NCBI GenBank assembly: GCA_963675755.2
Contig: CAXXMD010000002.1
Location: 1,728,001-1,792,000 of the forward strand
Direction: 5' to 3'
From: a bacterium
GTDB taxonomy: Bacteria; Zhuqueibacterota; Zhuqueibacteria; Residuimicrobiales; Krinioviventaceae
DNA length: 64,000 bases
The notes under the pieces were generated by a model. The model saw nothing but the letters and a program-made list of their open reading frames with translations, had not been told where the DNA came from and made no database searches. The translations under genes and the position numbers were made by a program. Below are positions 21,154 through 29,614 of this stretch, in pieces; positions within the stretch are counted from its first letter, which is position 1, and the number at the start of each line of letters is the position of its first letter.

Positions 21154-22182
21154 TTAATACTGTTCTAAAAATCTTTTATCGTTTTCAAAAAACAAGCGGA
21201 TATCATTAACCTGGTATTTCAGCATGGCAATACGTTCAATTCCCATACCAAATGCATACCCGGTATAAACTTCAGGATCATAATCCACAAAACCAAAAAC
21301 AGCGGGATTCACCATACCCGCTCCAGAAATTTCAATCCATCCGGTATTTTTACAGACTCGGCATCCCTTTTGTTTACAAAAAGGACAAGAGAAATCATAC
21401 TCGGCACTGGGTTCTGTAAATGGGAAATAACTTGCCCTGAAACGCACTTTGGCGTCTTTACCGAATAATTTCTGCGCAAATGCCTGAACCACACCCCGTA
21501 AATCAGCAAAAGATACACCTTTATCCACACATAAGCCCTCAACCTGATGAAAGATTGGGGTATGCGTAGCGTCTGGGGTATCTTTACGAAAACATTTACC
21601 GGGAGCAATCATGCGTACCGGTGGTTTTTGTTGCTCCATCGTATGTATCTGTACAGGTGAAGTATGAGTACGCAACAAATGTTTTTCAGTGAGATAGAAT
21701 GTATCGTGCATGTCCCTTGAGGGGTGGTGAGGCGGAATATTTAAAGCCTCGAAATTATGAAAATCGGATTCAATTTCCAAACCCTCTTCAATCCGAAAAC
21801 CCATTTGTGCAAATATACCTTTAATCTCATCCATAATTTGATACAATGGATGATAATGGCCCACTACTGGTTCTTTACCCGGCAAAGAGGGATCAAAACC
21901 ATCAACAGTACCCTGTGACTCTTGAAAAGAGGCCATTTTGTCATCAATACCCTTTTGCACAAGTATCTTGAGGGTATTCAGTTCAGCACCGGCTTTGGGA
22001 CGATCAGCAGAATCAATTTTCCCCAAAATGGGGAACAATTGCTGTACCGATCCCTTGCGGCTGGTATATTTCAACTTGACCTGTTCAGTATCTTTGATGG
22101 AGGAGGCCTTTTCAATATCGGCCACGAATTCTTTACGAATTCGTTCTATCTGTTCAAGTAAACTTGATAATTGTTCCGCCAT
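21154..22182 (-). CDS. pheS: Phenylalanine-tRNA ligase alpha subunit
   Basis: LRTHTSPVQ, FHQVEG, YFPFTEPS and GMGIER motifs. Confidence 0.97.
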   Translation of the reverse strand: MAEQLSSLLEQIERIRKEFVADIEKASSIKDTEQVKLKYTSRKGSVQQLFPILGKIDSADRPKAGAELNTLKILVQKGIDDKMASFQESQGTVDGFDPSLPGKEPVVGHYHPLYQIMDEIKGIFAQMGFRIEEGLEIESDFHNFEALNIPPHHPSRDMHDTFYLTEKHLLRTHTSPVQIHTMEQQKPPVRMIAPGKCFRKDTPDATHTPIFHQVEGLCVDKGVSFADLRGVVQAFAQKLFGKDAKVRFRASYFPFTEPSAEYDFSCPFCKQKGCRVCKNTGWIEISGAGMVNPAVFGFVDYDPEVYTGYAFGMGIERIAMLKYQVNDIRLFFENDKRFLEQY

Positions 22183-22194
22183 CCGTATCCGAAT

Positions 22195-22542
22195 CTATGC
22201 TTTAATTGATGTTACAATTTCTTCAAATGCTTTGCTATCATTCACTGCAAGATCAGCCAATACTTTACGATCAATCTGAATGTCTTTTTCATTCAACAGA
22301 TGAATAAAAGTAGAGTAATTCAAGTCATAAGGTCTAACAGCTGCATTGATTCTTGCAATCCATAAACGACGAAACTCACGTTTCTTCGCTTTTCTATCAC
22401 GATATGCATATTGCAGCCCTTTTTCAACCTGCTCTTTTGCAGATTTGAAAAGACGATGTTTACCGCCATAATAACCTCTGGCTGCTTTTAATACTTTATT
22501 CCGACGGTGCTTTGTAGGGACCGACGAAGATGATCTAGGCAT
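22195..22542 (-). CDS. rplT: 50S ribosomal protein L20
   Basis: YAYRDRK...[12 protein letters not shown]; DRKVLADLA. Confidence 0.98.
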   Translation of the reverse strand: MPRSSSSVPTKHRRNKVLKAARGYYGGKHRLFKSAKEQVEKGLQYAYRDRKAKKREFRRLWIARINAAVRPYDLNYSTFIHLLNEKDIQIDRKVLADLAVNDSKAFEEIVTSIKA

Positions 22543-22564
22543 AACTCCTCCGTATTACTGGGTC

Positions 22565-22759
22565 TTATTTAGAGATCAATAATTTTACTCTTTTAGCATC
22601 GCTCTCGGCGACGAGTCCGTTTTTCCGCAAGTTCCGTTTACGTTTGGTAGACTTTTTGGTCAAAATATGGCTTTTATACGCTTTAGAACGACGTACTTTG
22701 CCGGTACCTGTAAGTCTGAAACGTTTACTGGATGCTCTGTTACTTTTCATTTTTGGCAT
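22565..22759 (-). CDS. rpmI: 50S ribosomal protein L35
   Basis: MPKMKS..KRF..TGTGK..HILTKK. Confidence 0.98.
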   Translation of the reverse strand: MPKMKSNRASSKRFRLTGTGKVRRSKAYKSHILTKKSTKRKRNLRKNGLVAESDAKRVKLLISK

Positions 22760-22770
22760 GAAAGCACCTC

Positions 22771-23280
22771 TTATTTCTTTGTAAAAAACATGATCAATTG
22801 CCCGCCTTCCAGACGCGCATCTTTTTCAATTTTTGCAATATCTCCAAGCGCCTCTGTAAAACGATCCAATACGCGTTCTCCATATTCACGGTGGGCATTC
22901 TCACGTCCGCGAAACAAAACGGTGGCCTTTACACGGTGCCCGGCTTCAAGAAATTTACGGGCATGGCGCAATTTAAATTCAAAGTCGTGTTCTTCAATTT
23001 TCGGTCTCAGTCGAATTTCTTTTGTAATGACTACATGCTGTTTCTTTTTGGTTTCCTTTTCTTTTTTGGCCATTTCATATTTATATTTGCCAAAATCCAT
23101 AATTTTGCAAACCGGGGGTTTTGCATTTGGAGAAACCTCTACCAAATCAAGGCCAGCTGCTTCCGCTCTTTGCAATGCTTCTTGCTTTGTAATAACACCA
23201 AGCTGTTCACCATCAGAACTAATCACGCGAACAGAGGGCGCTTCAATCTGATCATTAATGCTGATTTGTTTTTTCTTAAT
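22771..23280 (-). CDS. infC: Translation initiation factor IF-3 (probable ATT start)
   Basis: [22 protein letters not shown] and FRGRE motifs; AAGGAGG-6 nt-ATT at 23280. Confidence 0.96.
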   Translation of the reverse strand: MKKKQISINDQIEAPSVRVISSDGEQLGVITKQEALQRAEAAGLDLVEVSPNAKPPVCKIMDFGKYKYEMAKKEKETKKKQHVVITKEIRLRPKIEEHDFEFKLRHARKFLEAGHRVKATVLFRGRENAHREYGERVLDRFTEALGDIAKIEKDARLEGGQLIMFFTKK

Positions 23281-23306
23281 GACCAACCTCCTTAAAAGGA
23301 TTCGAC

Positions 23307-25214
23307 TTATAATTTATTTTCAATATCCTGTAAAACAGTTTCAATAAACGCTTCCAATTTGACAGAACCTTGATCACCTTCTCTGCGTTTTCTAACAGAA
23401 ACAGATCCTGACTCTATCTCTTTATCGCCCACTATAAGCATATAAGGGATCTTTTGTGTTTCACCTTCCCTTATCTTATAACCTACTTTTTCGCTGCGAT
23501 CATCCAATTTTGAACGAATTCCTGCATCAACAAGCTTGTCATGGACTGATTTTGCGTAATCCAATTGCTTGTCAGTAATAGGAATAACATGAACCTGCAT
23601 GGGTGACATCCAAACCGGAAAAGCACCTGCATAGTTTTCAATCATCACACCAAAAAAGCGCTCAAGAGAACCCAAAAGTGCACGATGCAACATAATAGGC
23701 TGATGTTTATCACCATCCTGCCCTACATATGTAATATCAAAACGTTCAGGCTCATTAAAATCTACCTGAATAGTTGAACACTGCCAGGAGCGACCCAACA
23801 CATCTTTAATTTTAATATCTATCTTTGGTCCGTAAAATACACCTTCACCCGGATCAACCTGGTATTCCACATTTGCTTTATCAAGACCTGCCTTCAAAGA
23901 CTCGGTAGCGCGGTCCCAGTTATCCAGGGTACCTACATATTTTTCAGGACGGGTAGACAGGTAAATATCTACATCATCAAAACCAAAGGAGCGCAGCATA
24001 TACAAAGAAAAATCAAGTGTACGCGCTACTTCGGATTCCAATTGATCAGGACGGCAAATGATATGCGCGTCATCCTGAGTAAATCCACGAACCCTTAACA
24101 GTCCATGCAATACTCCGGAGCGTTCATAACGATAAACCGTTCCCAATTCAGCCCAACGAATGGGCAAGTCTCTATAACTTTTAGAACCGGCTTTGTAAAT
24201 CTGCAAATGGTAAGGACAGTTCATGGGTTTTACCAGATACTGCTGCTCATCCACTTCCATACCGGTAAACATATTTTCACTGTAGAAATCAAGGTGACCG
24301 CTTTTATGCCAGAGATCGTTTCTGGCGATATGCGGAGTCACTACAAACTCGTAACCGGCCTTGATATGTTCTTTGCGCCAAAAGTCTTCAATCTGATAAC
24401 GAATAAAAGCACCTTTGGGATGCCAGAGCACAAGTCCGGGCCCAATTTCATCATTTATACTATAAAGATCAAGCTCGCGACCCAATTTACGGTGGTCACG
24501 TTTCTTGGCCTCTTCCATTCTGTAAACGTAATCCTCAAGCTGCGTTTTTTTTGGGAACGAAACACCATAAATACGCTGCAACATGGGATTCTTTTCATCA
24601 CCCAACCAGTAAGCACCAGCAACACTGGTCAGTTTAAAATACTTGACCCAACCGGTAGACGGCAAATGCGGCCCACGGCAAAGATCCGTAAAACCATCTT
24701 CACTATAAATACTGGGTGGCTCACCAAGTCGTTCTATCTGCTCAACCTTGAAGGTTTCACCCAGATCTTTGAACAACTTTAATGCATCATCAACCGACAT
24801 TTCATTACGAATAAAGGGCTGATTTTTAGTAACAATAGCCTGCATTTCTTTTTCAATACCTTCAAGATCATCAGGCGTAATTGGACGCTCAACGTCCACA
24901 TCATAGTAAAAGCCTTCGTCCACAGGCGGGCCAAAGGCAAATTTAGCATTAGGAAAAATATTTTTAATAGCGTGTGCCATCACATGAGCACTACTGTGCC
25001 AAAACACATCCATACCTTCGGGTGAATTGACATCAATAAACAGCAAATCACCGTCCCCGGTCAATGGACGTGACAAATCAACTAACGCGTCATTAAACCG
25101 TGCGGCAATAGTTTGTTTTTTTAGACGACCGCCAAGCTCATTCAAAATATCCTGAGCAGTAGTACCCTCAGCATACTCTGCAATGCGTCCGTCTGGAAAT
25201 TTTATATTTGGCAC
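23307..25214 (-). CDS. thrS: Threonine-tRNA ligase
   Basis: HSSAH, DLCRGPH, RDHRKLG, KPMNCP and FYGPKID motifs. Confidence 0.98.
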   Translation of the reverse strand: MPNIKFPDGRIAEYAEGTTAQDILNELGGRLKKQTIAARFNDALVDLSRPLTGDGDLLFIDVNSPEGMDVFWHSSAHVMAHAIKNIFPNAKFAFGPPVDEGFYYDVDVERPITPDDLEGIEKEMQAIVTKNQPFIRNEMSVDDALKLFKDLGETFKVEQIERLGEPPSIYSEDGFTDLCRGPHLPSTGWVKYFKLTSVAGAYWLGDEKNPMLQRIYGVSFPKKTQLEDYVYRMEEAKKRDHRKLGRELDLYSINDEIGPGLVLWHPKGAFIRYQIEDFWRKEHIKAGYEFVVTPHIARNDLWHKSGHLDFYSENMFTGMEVDEQQYLVKPMNCPYHLQIYKAGSKSYRDLPIRWAELGTVYRYERSGVLHGLLRVRGFTQDDAHIICRPDQLESEVARTLDFSLYMLRSFGFDDVDIYLSTRPEKYVGTLDNWDRATESLKAGLDKANVEYQVDPGEGVFYGPKIDIKIKDVLGRSWQCSTIQVDFNEPERFDITYVGQDGDKHQPIMLHRALLGSLERFFGVMIENYAGAFPVWMSPMQVHVIPITDKQLDYAKSVHDKLVDAGIRSKLDDRSEKVGYKIREGETQKIPYMLIVGDKEIESGSVSVRKRREGDQGSVKLEAFIETVLQDIENKL

Positions 25215-25256
25215 GTTTTACCTTCCGTTATCGGATTACACCTGTCTATAAACAAG

Positions 25257-25281
25257 AAACCGCCTTATATCGGGCGGCTTA
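25257..25281 (-). terminator. Terminator-like hairpin after tRNA-Val, upstream of thrS
   Basis: Minus strand AAGCCGCCC-gatat-AAGGCGGTTT followed by T-rich sequence. Confidence 0.55.
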
Positions 25282-25322
25282 ATCATCGTCAATGTTTTTC
25301 AGTTCGTCCTGCTCTATTTGAG

Positions 25323-25396
25323 TGGGCGGTACTGGATTTGAACCAGTGACCCCTTGCATGTCAAGCAAGTACTCTAACCAACTGAGCTAACCGCCC
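25323..25396 (-). tRNA. tRNA-Val(GAC)
   Basis: GGGCGGTTAGCTCAGTTGGTTAGAG...CTTGC-TT GAC AT-GCAAG...GGTTCAAATCC; CCA not encoded. Confidence 0.96.
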
Positions 25397-25482
25397 ATAA
25401 TCCGTTTGAATTGGCAAATTTAGCATGGGCTATAAAAAAAGCGCACCTACCAGCTACGCTTGCACTTTTTCAAAATTTTAAG

Positions 25483-25569
25483 TGCCGAGGGCCGGAATCG
25501 AACCGGCACGGACTATAAAGTCCGAGGGATTTTAAGTCCCTTGCGTCTACCAAATTTCGCCACCCCGGC
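25483..25569 (-). tRNA. tRNA-Leu(TAA)
   Basis: GCCGGGGTGGCGAAATTTGGTAGACGC, anticodon loop CT TAA AA, long variable arm, GGTTCGATTCC. Confidence 0.96.
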
Positions 25570-25574
25570 GGGTG

Positions 25575-25647
25575 AGGCGGCGATCGGATTCGAACCGATG
25601 AATAGAGATTTTGCAGACCTCCGCCTTAGCCACTTGGCCACGCCGCC
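25575..25647 (-). tRNA. tRNA-Cys(GCA)
   Basis: GGCGGCGTGGCCAAGTGG, anticodon loop CT GCA AA, GGTTCGAATCC. Confidence 0.96.
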
Positions 25648-25660
25648 ACGCACTAACAAG

Positions 25661-25732
25661 AGCGGGAGACGAGATTTGAACTCGCGACCCCAACCTTGGC
25701 AAGGTTGTGTTCTACCACTGAACTACTCCCGC
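25661..25732 (-). tRNA. tRNA-Gly(GCC)
   Basis: GCGGGAGTAGTTCAGTGGTAGAAC, anticodon loop TT GCC AA, GAGTTCAAATCTC. Confidence 0.96.
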
Positions 25733-25745
25733 TTCAAAGTTTCAC

Positions 25746-25774
25746 AATATACCTAATCTTTTAATTCTATGCAA
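25746..25774 (-). promoter_or_regulatory. Sigma70 promoter of the tRNA operon
   Basis: Minus strand TTGCAT-17 nt-TATATT just upstream of tRNA-Gly. Confidence 0.65.
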
Positions 25775-25926
25775 GAATTATTTTCAGTTTTTTCATTAAC
25801 TGTTAAATTTTTTTTCATTTTCTCCGCAAGTAGACCTGAAAACCGCTATTATCTGGTATAAAGTTTTTGAATAATACCTTGAATAATAATTCAAGTTTAT
25901 TTACATTAAAAAAAAAGAAAGCTTTT

Positions 25927-26121
25927 ATGAATAAAGTACAATTGGTCATAACCTGTGAAGACTGCGACGCAGTTGCACATTTCTCTGCAGTTAAAGAGTC
26001 AGAGATTGAAAAGTATATTTTAGAATTTAAAAAAAAACACCAAAACTGCAACCCCAAATATACCAGCTATTTCACTATTTCTTCCATTGATTTCACTCTT
26101 GAAGCTGAACAAACCAGTTGA
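25927..26121 (+). CDS. Small hypothetical protein, possibly Zn-binding
   Basis: 64 aa; CEDC ... HQNC. Confidence 0.5.
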   Translation: MNKVQLVITCEDCDAVAHFSAVKESEIEKYILEFKKKHQNCNPKYTSYFTISSIDFTLEAEQTS

Positions 26122-26232
26122 ATGCGTTGAGCTTTTTTTATATATTTCCCCATATACACTTAAATTTTCAAGCATCACCAATTACTATCAAAATGATATC
26201 ATCTTTAATCTTTCGTATTACCAGGAGTAGTC

Positions 26233-27264
26233 ATGAAAGCACTGGTATTAAAAGAATATAACAAGCTGATTTATACTGACTTCCCCAAACCAGAACCTGA
26301 ACCCAACGAAGTAAGGGTACGAATTAAATCCTGTGGAATATGCGGAAGCGATGTACATGGTATGGATGGCAGTACAGGTAGACGCATCCCTCCCCTGATA
26401 ATGGGACACGAAGCTTCGGGAATTATTGAACAATTGGGCCCCAATGTTCAAAACTGGTCAGTTGGCGACCGCGTTACATTTGATTCCACGATTTACAATC
26501 TGGACGATTGGTACACCCGCAAAGGATTATACAACCTGAGCGACAACCGCAAGGTGCTTGGCGTTTCTCCCGGTGAATATACACGTCACGGATGCTTTGC
26601 CGAGTATGCAGTCATTCCCCAACATATTCTATATAAAATCCCTGATAATGTCTCGTTTGATCAGGCTGCCATGGTTGAACCGGTTGCGGTAGCGGCCCAC
26701 GCTGTCAACATAACACCTATGCAGTGGAACGATACCGCTGTGGTTGTAGGTACCGGGATGATAGGATTGTGCATTGTTCAGGTATTAAGAGCAAATGGTG
26801 CGGGACAAATAATTGCCATTGACAAGGATCCGGATCGTCTTGAACTGGCCAAACAACTGGGTGCGGATATAATCCTTGATGCTGATAACGAAAATATTGC
26901 TAAAATCATCAAATCCCACACTCAAAATAGGGGTACGGACATTGCTTTTGAAGCCGTGGGTATTGAACCTGCTATACATACAGCTATATCCGCATTACGA
27001 CGCGGAGGTTCTCTCACCCTGGTGGGCAATCTTGCACCGGGGGTTAACATTCCATTGCAGGCAATTGTCACCCAACAACTATGCTTACAGGGAAGCTGTG
27101 CCATTTGTGGCGAGTACCCCGCCGTACTGGACATGATTGAACGTGGTGTTATTAATGTAGATGTTCTAAAAAGCGCTGCCGCTCCTCTCTCGGAAGGTGC
27201 AAGCTGGTTTAAACGCCTATATGATTGGGAAAAAGGATTAATGAAAGTGGTTTTAAATCCCTGA
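26233..27264 (+). CDS. Zn-dependent MDR sugar/polyol dehydrogenase
   Basis: CGSD, GHE and GTGMIG motifs; RBS AGGAG. Confidence 0.92.
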   Translation: MKALVLKEYNKLIYTDFPKPEPEPNEVRVRIKSCGICGSDVHGMDGSTGRRIPPLIMGHEASGIIEQLGPNVQNWSVGDRVTFDSTIYNLDDWYTRKGLYNLSDNRKVLGVSPGEYTRHGCFAEYAVIPQHILYKIPDNVSFDQAAMVEPVAVAAHAVNITPMQWNDTAVVVGTGMIGLCIVQVLRANGAGQIIAIDKDPDRLELAKQLGADIILDADNENIAKIIKSHTQNRGTDIAFEAVGIEPAIHTAISALRRGGSLTLVGNLAPGVNIPLQAIVTQQLCLQGSCAICGEYPAVLDMIERGVINVDVLKSAAAPLSEGASWFKRLYDWEKGLMKVVLNP

Positions 27265-27277
27265 ATAAGGACATGAA

Positions 27278-28369
27278 ATGACCAAACTTAAAACTGCCAT
27301 TATAGGCGCCGGTAAAGTGGGACACACGCACGCACTGGCTTTGCTGGAGCTGGAACAGTCTGAACTGACCGCGGTTTGCAGTCGCACACCTGAAAAAGCA
27401 AAAGCCTTTGCGGAACGATATGGCATACAGGCATTCACAGATGTATCAGAGATGGTCAGCAAATGTGGTATTGATATGGTAACAAACTGCACGCCGCATC
27501 CCGTGCATGCTGCCACCTCTATTGATGCCATGCAGGCCGGTGCACATGTCATTGTTGAAAAGCCGCTTGCTTCCTCCCTTGCGGATTGCGATGCGATGTT
27601 AAAAGTATCTGAACAGACCGGGAAAAAGCTGGCAATGATCAGCCAGAGACGATTGTATGCCCCGGTAAAACGTATAAAACAAGCCATAGATGAGGGAAAA
27701 ATCGGAACTCCGGTTCTGGGCACCGTCAACATGTTTAGTTGGCGCGATAAAAACTATTATGACAGCGATCCCTGGCGCGGCACCTGGCAGCATGAAGGCG
27801 GCGGTGTACTTGTGAACCAGGCCCCGCATCAACTCGATATTTTACAATGGTATATGGGCCCCATAGATTCACTGTTTGGCTATTGGGATAACCTGAACCA
27901 TCCCTATATAGAGGTTGAAGATACAGCTGTATGTGTTATCCGATTTAAAAACGGCGCGTTAGGCAATATTTTGGTGAGCAATTCTCAAAATCCTGCGCTT
28001 TATGGCAAAGTCGCAGTATATGGCAGCAATGGTGCATCTGTGGGCGTTCAAACGGATGGCGGTGCAATGTTTATTGCCGGCATGTCATCCATTACCGAAC
28101 CTCCGGTGAACGACTTGTGGACAGTCCCCGGTGAGGAAAACATGCTGGAATTGTGGAAACAACAGGACTCGGATTTCTTTAACAGTATCGATGCCACACA
28201 ATATTATCATAAAATACAGCTGGGGGATTTTCTAAGTGCGATCAAAAACAATACCTCTCCCCTGGTTTCAGGTACCGAAGGCCGTAAAACAGTCGAGCTG
28301 TTTACAGCGATTTATCGTTCGCAAAGGGACAACCGACCAGTTAGCTTTCCACTACAACCGGAATCATAA
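27278..28369 (+). CDS. Gfo/Idh/MocA oxidoreductase
   Basis: IIGAGKVG, VEKP and WRGTW..EGGGVLVNQAPH motifs. Confidence 0.93.
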   Translation: MTKLKTAIIGAGKVGHTHALALLELEQSELTAVCSRTPEKAKAFAERYGIQAFTDVSEMVSKCGIDMVTNCTPHPVHAATSIDAMQAGAHVIVEKPLASSLADCDAMLKVSEQTGKKLAMISQRRLYAPVKRIKQAIDEGKIGTPVLGTVNMFSWRDKNYYDSDPWRGTWQHEGGGVLVNQAPHQLDILQWYMGPIDSLFGYWDNLNHPYIEVEDTAVCVIRFKNGALGNILVSNSQNPALYGKVAVYGSNGASVGVQTDGGAMFIAGMSSITEPPVNDLWTVPGEENMLELWKQQDSDFFNSIDATQYYHKIQLGDFLSAIKNNTSPLVSGTEGRKTVELFTAIYRSQRDNRPVSFPLQPES

Positions 28370-28385
28370 AAAATCAAGAATACTA

Positions 28386-28413
28386 CTCGCCCCCAAACTC
28401 CTGTTTGGGGGCG
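28386..28413. repeat. REP-like palindrome, possibly acting as terminator
   Basis: CTCGCCCCCAAAC-tcct-GTTTGGGGGCG; same style as 41883 and 43073. Confidence 0.6.
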
Positions 28414-28543
28414 CAATAAAACAGACAAACACTGTTTATTCTTAAATCATAATATTTTTAAATTCGCATCCGAATATAATCAATATTAAATGTGTTATTC
28501 TTTTCATGTTTCAGCTAAAATAACAATGAAAAAGGATAACCAT

Positions 28544-28990
28544 ATGAATACATTTACAGTAAAATTGAATCGCGTTCTAAACGCCCCACAGGAAAGGGTA
28601 TACAAGGCCTTTATCGATTCGGAAGCTATGGTGAAATGGCTTCCCCCTTTTGGATTCACCGGCAAAATCATCCACAATGATGCAAAACCGGGTGGAACGT
28701 ACAAAATGTCATTCACCAATTTCACAACCGGCTCCAGTCATACGTTTGGCGGAAAATATGTAGAGCTGATCCCCAACGAGAAAATTGTCAATACGGATCT
28801 ATTTGATGATCCCAATCTGCCTGGAGAAATGCGTACCACAGTGACTTTGAAAAAAGTATCAGTGGGTACCGAGTTAAATATAGTACAGGAAGGCATTCCG
28901 GCAGCCATCCCCGAGGACGGATGCTACCTGGGGTGGCAGCAATCCCTGACCATGCTTGCACAATTGGTTGAATCCGCTGTCCCGGATTGA
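28544..28990 (+). CDS. SRPBCC/AHSA1 family protein
   Basis: ERVYKAF, KWLPPFGF, GGKYVEL and CYLGWQQSL motifs. Confidence 0.92.
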   Translation: MNTFTVKLNRVLNAPQERVYKAFIDSEAMVKWLPPFGFTGKIIHNDAKPGGTYKMSFTNFTTGSSHTFGGKYVELIPNEKIVNTDLFDDPNLPGEMRTTVTLKKVSVGTELNIVQEGIPAAIPEDGCYLGWQQSLTMLAQLVESAVPD

Positions 28991-29034
28991 TTTCACCCGA
29001 AATACGATATTATTTAACTTGCACCCAGACTCTT

Positions 29035-29319
29035 CAGATTGTGTATAAATGAATTGAATCAAAAGATTTAAAAAATCAATTCTGAGAAAAGTGAAGAACG
29101 TGGAGTGCTGTACCTTTATGTACAGCGGGCCGTCGTAGACGGCCTCAATATAACTGTATTTTTATGAAATATTGAATTTTTGATACTATTAAAATTATTT
29201 ATTATTTAACTATACGGCCCAATTTATTTAGGCCCTTCGGCCCAACGCGGCGTCAGCCGGTTGGCGGACAAGCTATAAAGGCACCGCACTCCCAAAACAC
29301 ATTTTTTTCATGCAATCTG
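29035..29319. mobile_element. Non-autonomous MITE/REPIN-like element with nested inverted repeats
   Basis: Inner IR GGAGTGCTGTACCTTTATG (29102) / TATAAAGGCACCGCACTCC (ends 29292), 16/19; outer IR CAGATTGTGTATAAA / TTTTCATGCAATCTG, 11/15. Confidence 0.5.
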
Positions 29320-29614
29320 CGCTGTTAAGTGCAGAATACAACTTTTTTTCAATAAGGTTTCCTGAAAAGTAACTTCATTTCAAACAACCTCCCAAATATC
29401 ATTACCATTAACAACAAAACCCCGGGATATAATCGAAACACGTCTCCAATAAACCAGTTGCAGAATAATCGTTAAATTCGTATTATAAGTCTCCTGAAAT
29501 ATTCAATACGAGAGATAATTCTTAAATGTTATTGCAATAAAATCATCCACTTTCCATTCATAATGAATTCAAAAAAACATTTATAATCAATACATGCAAT
29601 ACAAGGGAGTATAT

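Noticed and set aside
24105-24782. 225-aa plus-strand ORF (and similar ORFs opposite rny, pheT, infC, folD)
   Set aside because: Antisense to conserved housekeeping genes
25215-25320. T-box riboswitch upstream of thrS
   Set aside because: Only ~105 nt are available and no T-box consensus was seen; just a terminator-like hairpin
25323-26200. tRNA-anchored prophage or genomic island
   Set aside because: No integrase and no duplicated tRNA 3' end noticed in the window
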